NCBI GenBank assembly: GCA_965214605.1
Contig: OZ243961.1
Location: forward strand, 608,001-672,000
From: an uncultured Candidatus Binatia bacterium
GTDB taxonomy: Bacteria > Desulfobacterota > Binatia > Bin18
Direction of reading: 5' to 3'
DNA: 64,000 nt
The position numbers were made by a program, and so were the translations under genes. The notes beneath the pieces are model-generated. The model made no database searches. It was not told the DNA's origin and saw nothing but the letters and a program-made list of their open reading frames with translations. How positions within the stretch are numbered: the stretch's first letter is position 1; each line of letters begins with the position of its first letter. Shown here piece after piece: positions 1-7,085 of the stretch.

Positions 1-2
1 CC

Positions 3-3000
3 GCGGCCACTCGAACCTACGACATCACCGAAGGGATTTTATGCGGGAGCTTAATCGGCTTGATATGCGCTGTGCATCTGTCCGGGTTTCGCCTATTTTC
101 CAAGAGCGGGGAGACACGCCAGTTCCGAAATCGAAGTCGATATCCCGAAGACGCATTCACCAAGGCGTTCCGCGCTCATACGGAAATCATAAACCCTGAC
201 ATTACGATTCAGTCAATTGAGGCTGTCTTCGCCGCACCTCCGCGAAAGAAAATAGCCTGGTCAGCGGACACCCTTGGGAAGCGGCTGTTTCAAACCTGGA
301 ACAATCGCTCCCCAAAAGACGCAGAGAGAGAGCACCCAGAATTTTTACTGGCCCAGGGAATCGCTTGCGAAGTCGCCAAACAGTTCTCCGGATGGAAGGA
401 ACTCGCCGACAATGTAAGCGGTGCACTGGCCTGCGCTGACAGATATCTGGCGACCCTGGGAGACTCCTTTCCAAAACTCAGTAACCTGCCACCCGGAACC
501 ACGATCAATCCAGACTCTTGTACGCTTGCCTACGATCCCGAATCGCCCTTCGTTGAGATGGTTGGTAACGAAGAAAACTGGCTCCATCAGGTAGTGGCGG
601 TTTGTGCTGGCAGGCTGAAACGAGACATGCCCGATCGTGACCTATCCTCGTCTGATTTTGCAAAGCGTCTGAACGACGCTGTTGTTACTAGTCAGCACAA
701 TGGACTGTCTTGGTTATTCGGCAACGGCCTACGCTACCTTCGGAAATCAAGCATTGAGCGGATTACCGAAAACCTTGATGTTCCACACGGGAAGCGCCAA
801 CGAGTTGAACAACTCAAAGCCTTTGCCGACGCGCTTCCTGACAATCCATTTTTCGACACCAATGGCTATGCCGAGTTTCGTACCTCCGTCGGTGGCAAGA
901 TCGCCTCATGGGTCTCGAACTACTGGAAGCGCATTTGCGAACTTGCGACGTTGCATTCTCAGCCGCCGGATATCGCTATTCCCGAAACGCTGCAAGATCC
1001 CGATAACGCCTTTCTGTTTTCTGGTCAGCACACCAACGCTGCCGGCCTCATAGACCTCTCTAATCGCATCCCTGAGCGGGTCAAAAAAGCCGGCAATGCG
1101 CTTGTTGTTCTGCGTGGAAGTTGTATTCCTGGACCGGAAGATATCGCCGTCGTTGAATCCGTTGCCGATGAGATGACCGAACTCACTGGGCAACTCTCCA
1201 TGCTCGACAACCGCATTCGGCAGGAAACCGAACGCGCCAAAGACGCCGAAAACGAAAAACGTGCCAAGGTCCTAGAATCCCTCAGGCCAAACATTCCCAA
1301 AGGTCTCAAGGATCTGCCCAAACTAAACAGCATATCAGGCGGCACCGTGGACGCTACCGGTGAGATCAAACGGCTGGAAGCCGACCTGAACTCCGTCATA
1401 CGAGCACGCCGTGAGCACTTCCGGCAACTCTCTGAATGGGCGGACAGTAACGCAGGCGGCCTTGATCCCCTGCCCATCCTTAAAGAACGCGAACAAGAGG
1501 CGCTTTCCGACCGAAACATGGACCTCGATTGTGCAGCTGAATACGCTATCCGGCGTCTGCTTGATCGCATCGGCGTCATGTCGCATCGACTGTCGCCAAG
1601 TGTAGCCGAGCAAATCCGGACCGCCATGACGCCGCTTTTTCGCAGGAAAAAAGAGGCAAACCGCTACTTCTACAATCGCAACGGCAGGATCTATCGGCAT
1701 CCCTTCAGCACCTCACGTCACCAGGCTTATGCCATAGACGTAGAGCGTGCCCACGCAACCGATTGGCTCTTGTGGTTGGAGGAGCGGACGACAGAAATCC
1801 GTAACGCTCTGCGCGCGGATCAGACACGCCTACGCGATCTTCTGTTGATGGAAGCTTTTGTCCTGACGACACGGCTCGGCGGTCTCTCTGATCGTGTACC
1901 GGGGGATCTGGCGAAACCGGAAAACGACTGTCTCAACATTCCTCCCCTGCTCAAAGCGCAGCTCGAGGCTAGGGAGGTTTCGCGCGATGTGGCCGTGCGC
2001 GCCTTCAATCTGTTCAATAGTGCTATCAATGGTCTGTCGTTTCGCGCCTTCCGTGATAGTTTCATTGTTCGCGTTAAGTTTCAGCGCCAAGATCGCGAAG
2101 AAGTATTTTATGTCCCGAAGGAACGCCCCTGGCAGGCACCAGCTGACTATGATTCAGCCAAGGGTGAGATATCTAAGGGCTTGAAGCTCTCCGCAGTCGT
2201 GCGTGACCAAACCGGGGCTGTTCTGCCGCGTGAGACAGCCAAGGGCTTGAGTAAGGCGAAGTTTCCCGAGCCGGGTACGCGTGCCCTGCTGCGTCAATCG
2301 CCTCATGACTGGTTCGTCGAACTCGATGTCCGCTCTACCCAGGCTTCGGAGTTGGCAGGGCTGCCCGTCAAGAAGAACAAAGACGGACTCAAGCGCTGGA
2401 AAGTCCTGAAAAAGCCGGCCTTTCGACTAGTCGGGCCGCCCTCGTTCAAGACGCAGCTCGACCGCGCTCTGACAAGCGGAGAGGTGAAGCTCGGCGACTA
2501 CACGCTCATCATTGACCAGCTCTTCAAACAGTCCTTGTACGTCGAAGGTGAGGAGATACACCTTTTGGCTGAACCGGTAAAGATTCGGGCAGAACTGGCG
2601 GTTCCAGTAATAGACAACCGGCCGTATCCCAAGTCTGAAACCGACTTGATATTTAACAAGATCGTTGCCATAGACCTTGGCGAGCGACGGGTCGGCTACG
2701 CGGTCTTCTCGCTCATAGACTTCGTGGAAAACGGTTGCCAAAATCCGATCAAGGTGGGGAGCGTCGCCATTCCCGCTTTCAGGAAACTGATGGCCGCGGT
2801 CCGCCGCCACCGCGGGTCGCGGCAGCCCAACCAGAAGGTCGACCAAACCTACTCGAGAGCGCTGATGCAGTTCCGAGAAAACGTGGTGGGAGACGTCTGC
2901 TCTCGCATTGAGACCTTGTGCGAATACTTCGGCGGATTTCCCGTACTCGAAAGTTCGGTGGGAAATTTCGAGACAGGGGGCCGCCAGCTGGAGATGATCT

Positions 3001-3650
3001 ATGGTTCAGTCCTGCGCCGCTACACTTTCTCCGAAGTGAAAGCCCATAAAGCCACCCGTAGCCATCATTGGTTCACAGCGGACACCTGGAAGCATCCCTA
3101 CGTCTACACCTACACCTACACCTGGAATAAGAGAGAAAAGCAATATTCCGGCCCATCCAAGCCGCTGAAGATATTCCCCGGCGTCACGATCAACCCGGCC
3201 GGCACCAGCCAGACTTGCCAGCATTGTAAGCGGAATGCCCTTCAGGCGCTGCGTAACATGACGGACAAGGTCGAAGTGGGAGAAGACGGCCGCGTAGTCC
3301 TCGGAAACGGGACGATACGGCTTCTCGAACGAGCCGATTATCTTCCTTCCGAACGAAGAAAATTTCGTCACAACAAAGCAAGGCCGCCGCTAAACGTGCC
3401 TGCCCAGAAAGGATCCCGGCTAAGCCGCGACATCACGCGTATCGCCAGACGAAACATGCGGCAACCCCCATCTTCCACAATGTCACCCGATACCACACAG
3501 TCTCGCTTCAAATGCGTGTACGTTGACTGCGGCTATGAGGGGCATGCCGACGAAAATGCCGCAATTAACATCGGCCGGCGTTTTTTGGAACGGATCGATA
3601 TGGAAACGTCGAGAGGGACGTGCCGGGACTTGACCGGGCAGCGAGAATGA
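3..3650 (+). CDS. cas12c: Type V-C CRISPR effector Cas12c (C2c3), 5' end outside the window
   Basis: Frame is open from position 3 (..TYDITEGILCGSLIGLICAVHLSGFRLF), so the true start is upstream. RuvC-I IVAIDLGE (D codon 2673), RuvC-II FPVLESS (E 2949), RuvC-III GHADENAAINIGRRF (D 3549); Zn-binding CQHC and CVYVDC. Blocks LSGFRLF, NGLSWLF, FRTSVGGKIASWVSNY, LPKLNSISGG, LLRQSPHDW, FRLVGPPSFK, RENVVGDVC and PLKIFPG match my recollection of Cas12c proteins. Adjacent solo cas1 and short-spacer array fit V-C. Confidence 0.93.
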   Translation, partial: AATRTYDITEGILCGSLIGLICAVHLSGFRLFSKSGETRQFRNRSRYPEDAFTKAFRAHTEIINPDITIQSIEAVFAAPPRKKIAWSADTLGKRLFQTWNNRSPKDAEREHPEFLLAQGIACEVAKQFSGWKELADNVSGALACADRYLATLGDSFPKLSNLPPGTTINPDSCTLAYDPESPFVEMVGNEENWLHQVVAVCAGRLKRDMPDRDLSSSDFAKRLNDAVVTSQHNGLSWLFGNGLRYLRKSSIERITENLDVPHGKRQRVEQLKAFADALPDNPFFDTNGYAEFRTSVGGKIASWVSNYWKRICELATLHSQPPDIAIPETLQDPDNAFLFSGQHTNAAGLIDLSNRIPERVKKAGNALVVLRGSCIPGPEDIAVVESVADEMTELTGQLSMLDNRIRQETERAKDAENEKRAKVLESLRPNIPKGLKDLPKLNSISGGTVDATGEIKRLEADLNSVIRARREHFRQLSEWADSNAGGLDPLPILKEREQEALSDRNMDLDCAAEYAIRRLLDRIGVMSHRLSPSVAEQIRTAMTPLFRRKKEANRYFYNRNGRIYRHPFSTSRHQAYAIDVERAHATDWLLWLEERTTEIRNALRADQTRLRDLLLMEAFVLTTRLGGLSDRVPGDLAKPENDCLNIPPLLKAQLEAREVSRDVAVRAFNLFNSAINGLSFRAFRDSFIVRVKFQRQDREEVFYVPKERPWQAPADYDSAKGEISKGLKLSAVVRDQTGAVLPRETAKGLSKAKFPEPGTRALLRQSPHDWFVELDVRSTQASELAGLPVKKNKDGLKRWKVLKKPAFRLVGPPSFKTQLDRALTSGEVKLGDYTLIIDQLFKQSLYVEGEEIHLLAEPVKIRAELAVPVIDNRPYPKSETDLIFNKIVAIDLGERRVGYAVFSLIDFVENGCQNPIKVGSVAIPAFRKLMAAVRRHRGSRQPNQKVDQTYSRALMQFRENVVGDVCSRIETLCEYFGGFPVLESSVGNFETGGRQLEMIYGSVLRRYTFSEVKAHKATRSHHWFTADTWKHPYVYTYTYTWNKREKQYSGPSKPLKIFPGVTINPAGTSQTCQHCKRNALQALRNMTDKVEVGEDGRVVLGNGTIRLLERADYLPSERRKFRHNKARPPLNVPAQKGSRLSRDITRIARRNMRQPPSSTMSPDTTQSRFKCVYVDCGYEGHADENAAINIGRRFLERIDMETSRGTCRDLTGQRE
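3105..3122 (+). repeat. In-frame hexamer tandem repeat (TACACC)x3 in cas12c, encoding YTYTYT
   Basis: Read directly: tacacc tacacc tacacc. Confidence 0.85.
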
Positions 3651-3753
3651 GCCACCATCGTTCCTATTCTCTTCCAGGCCCAAGGACTTATCATCCATAC
3701 CTCAACCTGGAAGACGTCCCCGCCTCCCCGGACGCCCTTCAAAGAGGGGAGGC
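3651..3753 (+). ncRNA. Candidate scoutRNA/tracrRNA for Cas12c
   Basis: Intergenic space between cas12c and cas1. Stem TCTTCCAGG (3670-3678)/CCTGGAAGA (3706-3714) encloses ACCTCAA (3699-3705), whose CCTC is complementary to the repeat 3' GAGG. Hairpin CGTCC/GGACG is followed by CCCTTCA (3735-3741), complementary to repeat TGAAGGG. Alternative stem GCCTCCCC/GGGGAGGC (3722-3753). Confidence 0.65.
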
Positions 3754-3757
3754 ATCA

Positions 3758-4813
3758 TCACCTTACCAGCTTTGAAGAGGAATGGGAGGTAAGGGGAATA
3801 TCGCCTGGCAGCCGATAGGAGACCTTTGGCGGACGCCCGCCTTTACGTTCACCCGCGGCGGGAACGATAAACCGGCGCATGTCGCCGGCCAGGTAAGCCC
3901 GCAGCGCCAACACGCTTCCATGCAACAGATTTTTACGGCGCACAAACTGGTGGGTAGCGGGAACGTAGACAACCTTCTCCATATCGTTCTTCAGCCCGGA
4001 CAAAGTGGCTTTGGTCAGCGAGTCAGAGGCATTGTCCGGGGGATGGGTCCGGCAGGCCCCGGCAACGGCCTCTTCAATCATGTACCGGGCTGGCTCCATG
4101 AGATCGTAGACAAGTCCCATGTAGTCGGTCCCTTCATGCAGGAATCCGTGACTGGGCGAAAGCCGGTGGATTAACAACCAGCGCAAGAGTACCCCAGACA
4201 GGAACATGGACCCTGCATCAAGGGCGGCTGGTAAAGGCCCCTCCCCTCTGCGAGTGATATCAGGGTATCCCATCCGAGTGAAATATCTCCGCCAATATCT
4301 GCGTGATTGCTCGGCTTCCCAGGCCCGTATCTGTCCAAGATTCCGTGTACGCGCCAGCCGTTTGTAGACAGCGCTTGGCATGGGCAGTGTGTTCTCTACC
4401 GCCCGAAAACGTTCACGTACTAGAGTCCGCGCAATATAGGCACGTTTAGATTTATTTGTCCGGGTAACGATCTGTCTGGTCAAAATATCGTCGGCATCGA
4501 CTCTGGGAGCTGGCAAGAAAATCGCTGGGCGGCTGATGTTGCGGCGGTGAACAAGGAGGGGCACTCGGCGAAAGGCAAGTTCGTCAATGAGAGCGACCGG
4601 AATCTGGCCAGTCGCGCCGTAGAACATGATGCAATCAAGCTGCGACAGCTCAGTATCGACCTCGCCTCCGTTATATGTGAACCGCCATAAGTTCTTTTTG
4701 AGCCTTGCTACCTGAGAGACGTATGGTAGCCACAAGGTCGTCTTGCTTCTCCGCTTGGTTGATTTCCATGTCCAAAGAGAATTTGGATGTTGAAATTGAT
4801 CAATTTTAACCAT
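3758..4813 (-). CDS. cas1: CRISPR-associated integrase Cas1, type V-C-like, stand-alone
   Basis: 351 aa with catalytic-type motifs WEAEQSRRYW, PSHGFLH and LVYDLMEP; lies between cas12c and the array; no cas2 or cas4 seen. Confidence 0.92.
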   Translation of the reverse strand: MVKIDQFQHPNSLWTWKSTKRRSKTTLWLPYVSQVARLKKNLWRFTYNGGEVDTELSQLDCIMFYGATGQIPVALIDELAFRRVPLLVHRRNISRPAIFLPAPRVDADDILTRQIVTRTNKSKRAYIARTLVRERFRAVENTLPMPSAVYKRLARTRNLGQIRAWEAEQSRRYWRRYFTRMGYPDITRRGEGPLPAALDAGSMFLSGVLLRWLLIHRLSPSHGFLHEGTDYMGLVYDLMEPARYMIEEAVAGACRTHPPDNASDSLTKATLSGLKNDMEKVVYVPATHQFVRRKNLLHGSVLALRAYLAGDMRRFIVPAAGERKGGRPPKVSYRLPGDIPLTSHSSSKLVR

Positions 4814-4873
4814 ATATGTCCTCAGTAAGAAAATCGAAAAATCATTGTAATATAAATATTTATCTGGTATACC
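4814..4873 (+). promoter_or_regulatory. AT-rich CRISPR leader / divergent cas1-array promoter region
   Basis: Strongly AT-rich against a GC-rich background; TTGTAA(4845)-N17-TATACC(4868); palindromes ATAAATATTTAT (4852-4863) and GGTATACC (4866-4873). Confidence 0.7.
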
Positions 4874-5539
4874 TCCAGTTCTGAAGGGGAATTAGAGGCC
4901 GAAAAATATGAGTTCTGAAGGGGAATTAGAGGGTGTGGAGCATGACGCAATCCAGTTCTGAAGGGGAATTAGAGGCTGAAATACGGGCGTTCCTCCAGTT
5001 CTGAAGGGGAATTAGAGGTTCTCAACAGCATGAGGAGTCCAGTTCTGAAGGGGAATTAGAGGTTCTCAACAGCATGAGGAGTCCAGTTCTGAAGGGGAAT
5101 TAGAGGTTCTCAACAGCATGAGGAGTCCAGTTCTGAAGGGGAATTAGAGGTTCTCAACAGCATGAGGAGTCCAGTTCTGAAGGGGAATTAGAGGTTCTCA
5201 ACAGCATGAGGAGTCCAGTTCTGAAGGGGAATTAGAGGTTCTCAACAGCATGAGGAGTCCAGTTCTGAAGGGGAATTAGAGGTTCTCAACAGCATGAGGA
5301 GTCCAGTTCTGAAGGGGAATTAGAGGTTCTCAACAGCATGAGGAGTCCAGTTCTGAAGGGGAATTAGAGGTTCTCAACAGCATGAGGAGTCCAGCAGGGG
5401 AATTAGAGGTTCTCAACAGCATGAGGAGTCCAGTTCTGAAGGGGAATTAGAGGCACGCGCATGACGCACCCCCCAGTTCTGAAGGGGAATTAGAGGATGG
5501 AAGGCTTCGGGCTGCCCAGTTCTGAAGGGGAATTAGAGG
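4874..5539 (+). CRISPR. CRISPR array: 16 repeats (consensus TCCAGTTCTGAAGGGGAATTAGAGG, 25 nt), 15 spacers (6 distinct), mostly 18-19 nt
   Basis: Repeats start at 4874, 4911 (5'-truncated), 4951, 4994, 5038, 5082, 5126, 5170, 5214, 5258, 5302, 5346, 5390 (20-nt variant), 5429, 5472 and 5515 (last two begin CCCAG). Spacers: CCGAAAAATATG; GTGTGGAGCATGACGCAA; CTGAAATACGGGCGTTCC; TTCTCAACAGCATGAGGAG x10; CACGCGCATGACGCACCC; ATGGAAGGCTTCGGGCTG. Orientation inferred from the leader and the 3' GAGG. Confidence 0.97.
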
Positions 5540-5560
5540 CAGGGAGGGAGGGCTGGAATC

Positions 5561-6286
5561 TCATCGCTGTCCAAGTCGAATCGCCTCGGCCAGGTCTACC
5601 GCGCCGGTGTAGAGGGCGCGGCCGATAATCAGGCCGTGTATACCGTCCGCTTTACATGGCCGCAGCCGCTCAATGTCTTCAAGACTGGCCACGCCACCAG
5701 AGGCAATAACAGGAATCTGAATTGCCCGAGCCAAGAGCCGGGTGGCTTCGATATTCACCCCTAGGGATGTACCGTCACGGATAATATCGGTGTAGACAAT
5801 CTCACCAACGCCCATATCTTGGCACTGTTCGGCAAGTTGCGTCGCCTCAAGCTCAGTCGCTTCAGTCCAGCCTTGGACAGCGACTTTCCCGTCCCGGGCA
5901 TCAATGCCAACCGTAATCCGGCCCAAAAAGCGTCTACATGCCTCAGCTACAATCTGAGGCTGCCGATAGGCTACTGTGCCCAGAATTGCACGCTGTACCC
6001 CGAGTGAGAACATCTGCTCAATCGCCGCTAGGCTGCGCAGTCCACCGCCGAGCTGAACCGGAATATGTAAGGATTGGCAGATTTTTTCTATAGCGTCAGT
6101 GTTCACGCCTGCGCCTGACATGGCGCCGTCAAGATCAACTAGGTGGAGCCGAGCGGCTCCGGCGTCTTGCCAGCGCTGTGCCACGGCGACCGGATCGTCG
6201 GAGTAGATGGTCGCCTGAGCCATATCACCTTGGTAGAGACGCACACACTGACCGGCCTTGAGGTCGATGGCGGGGATAATCTCCAT
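5561..6286 (-). CDS. hisA: ProFAR isomerase HisA
   Basis: MEIIPAIDLKAGQCVRLYQG, HLVDLDGA, VQLGGGLRS, IASGGV, IIGRALY; start at ATG 6286. Confidence 0.96.
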   Translation of the reverse strand: MEIIPAIDLKAGQCVRLYQGDMAQATIYSDDPVAVAQRWQDAGAARLHLVDLDGAMSGAGVNTDAIEKICQSLHIPVQLGGGLRSLAAIEQMFSLGVQRAILGTVAYRQPQIVAEACRRFLGRITVGIDARDGKVAVQGWTEATELEATQLAEQCQDMGVGEIVYTDIIRDGTSLGVNIEATRLLARAIQIPVIASGGVASLEDIERLRPCKADGIHGLIIGRALYTGAVDLAEAIRLGQR

Positions 6287-6291
6287 AGGAA

Positions 6292-6951
6292 TCACAGAGG
6301 AGGGTGGTGGTCGGTCACAAATTTGCCGAAGTTGGCCAAGATTTGTAGGCCGACGGCCTGGCTTTTTTCTGGGTGAAATTGGGTAGCGAAGATATTGCCT
6401 GACCAAACACTCGACGCAAAATGGATGCCGTACTCGGTGGTGGTGGCCACGATGGCCGGGTCTGTTGGGATCGGATAATAGGAGTGAACAAAATACACCG
6501 CCGCGCCCTCGGGTATCTTGGCCAAATGGGGGGCTGGTCGCTCAATGTGGAGCTGGTTCCAGCCCATATGGGGGATTTTTTGTGGACCGTTGTCGGTTGT
6601 CAGCAGAGCAGGATCAAAGCGCTCGACCGTGCCTTTAAGGATGTCCAAACCTTGCTCCCGGCCAAACTCGTAACTTTCTGAAAACAGGATCTGCATACCG
6701 ACACAAATCCCAAGCAGCGGCGTGCCGCTGTTGGCCACCCGATGGACGGTTTCGATAAGCCTACATTTAGCCAGCCCGTCCATACACGCGCTAAACGCGC
6801 CCACGCCCGGCAGTACTACTCCCGCGGCAGCCTCAATGCGGGCAGCGTCCCTGGTGATTTCAGCCGGGTAGCCCATCTTCTCGCAGGCTTTTTGGACACT
6901 CCGCAGATTGCCCATACCATAGTCAATAATCGCAATTGTGCCGAGAGGCAT
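6292..6951 (-). CDS. hisH: Imidazole glycerol phosphate synthase glutaminase subunit HisH
   Basis: IIDYGMGNLRSV, LPGVGAF, LGICVGMQ, PHMGWN, YFVHSY, QFHPEKS; GGAGG RBS before ATG 6951. Confidence 0.96.
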   Translation of the reverse strand: MPLGTIAIIDYGMGNLRSVQKACEKMGYPAEITRDAARIEAAAGVVLPGVGAFSACMDGLAKCRLIETVHRVANSGTPLLGICVGMQILFSESYEFGREQGLDILKGTVERFDPALLTTDNGPQKIPHMGWNQLHIERPAPHLAKIPEGAAVYFVHSYYPIPTDPAIVATTTEYGIHFASSVWSGNIFATQFHPEKSQAVGLQILANFGKFVTDHHPPL

Positions 6952-6977
6952 TCTCTCTCCTCCGCTCCCTCCCTCTC

Positions 6978-7001
6978 CCTCTAATTCCCCTTCGGAGCTG
7001 G
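6978..7001 (-). repeat. Isolated inverted copy of the CRISPR repeat in the hisH 5' region (anti-repeat on the + strand)
   Basis: + strand CCTCTAATTCCCCTTCGGAGCTGG = minus strand CCAGCTCCGAAGGGGAATTAGAGG, 22/24 identical to CCAGTTCTGAAGGGGAATTAGAGG. Confidence 0.93.
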
Positions 7002-7031
7002 CCAGAGATATAGGTATAGGGCATAGGACAT

Positions 7032-7063
7032 CGGCTATTTCACAATCACACTGCAAAATAGCC
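7032..7063. other. Inverted repeat/hairpin CGGCTATTT...AAATAGCCG between the gst gene and the orphan repeat
   Basis: Perfect 9-bp stem read directly; could be a terminator, an operator, or the 3' hairpin of a small RNA. Confidence 0.5.
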
Positions 7064-7085
7064 GTGTATTAAAGTGGCGTGTTGT

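Noticed and set aside
60-62. TTG at 60 as the cas12c start
   Set aside because: The frame is open to the window edge and Cas12c-like sequence continues upstream
3-3650. Cas12d (CasY), TnpB or transposase identity for the large RuvC protein
   Set aside because: Size and multiple sequence blocks along the whole length fit Cas12c; Cas12d shares the locus layout but I do not recognise these motifs in it; far too long for TnpB
4899-5514. Self-targeting of spacers within the window (e.g. GAAATACGGG near 50448, CATGACGCA near 42588)
   Set aside because: Only 9-10-nt matches were found by eye, as expected by chance in 64 kb; the search was not exhaustive
7002-7050. Second CRISPR leader upstream of the orphan repeat (shares TATACCT, ATGTCCT and TCTGG with the array leader)
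   Set aside because: The shared words are short and not collinear, so homology cannot be claimed
6952-7056. N-terminal extension of hisH in the ORF track (254 aa)
   Set aside because: It runs through the orphan repeat and has no HisH similarity; the RBS supports ATG 6951
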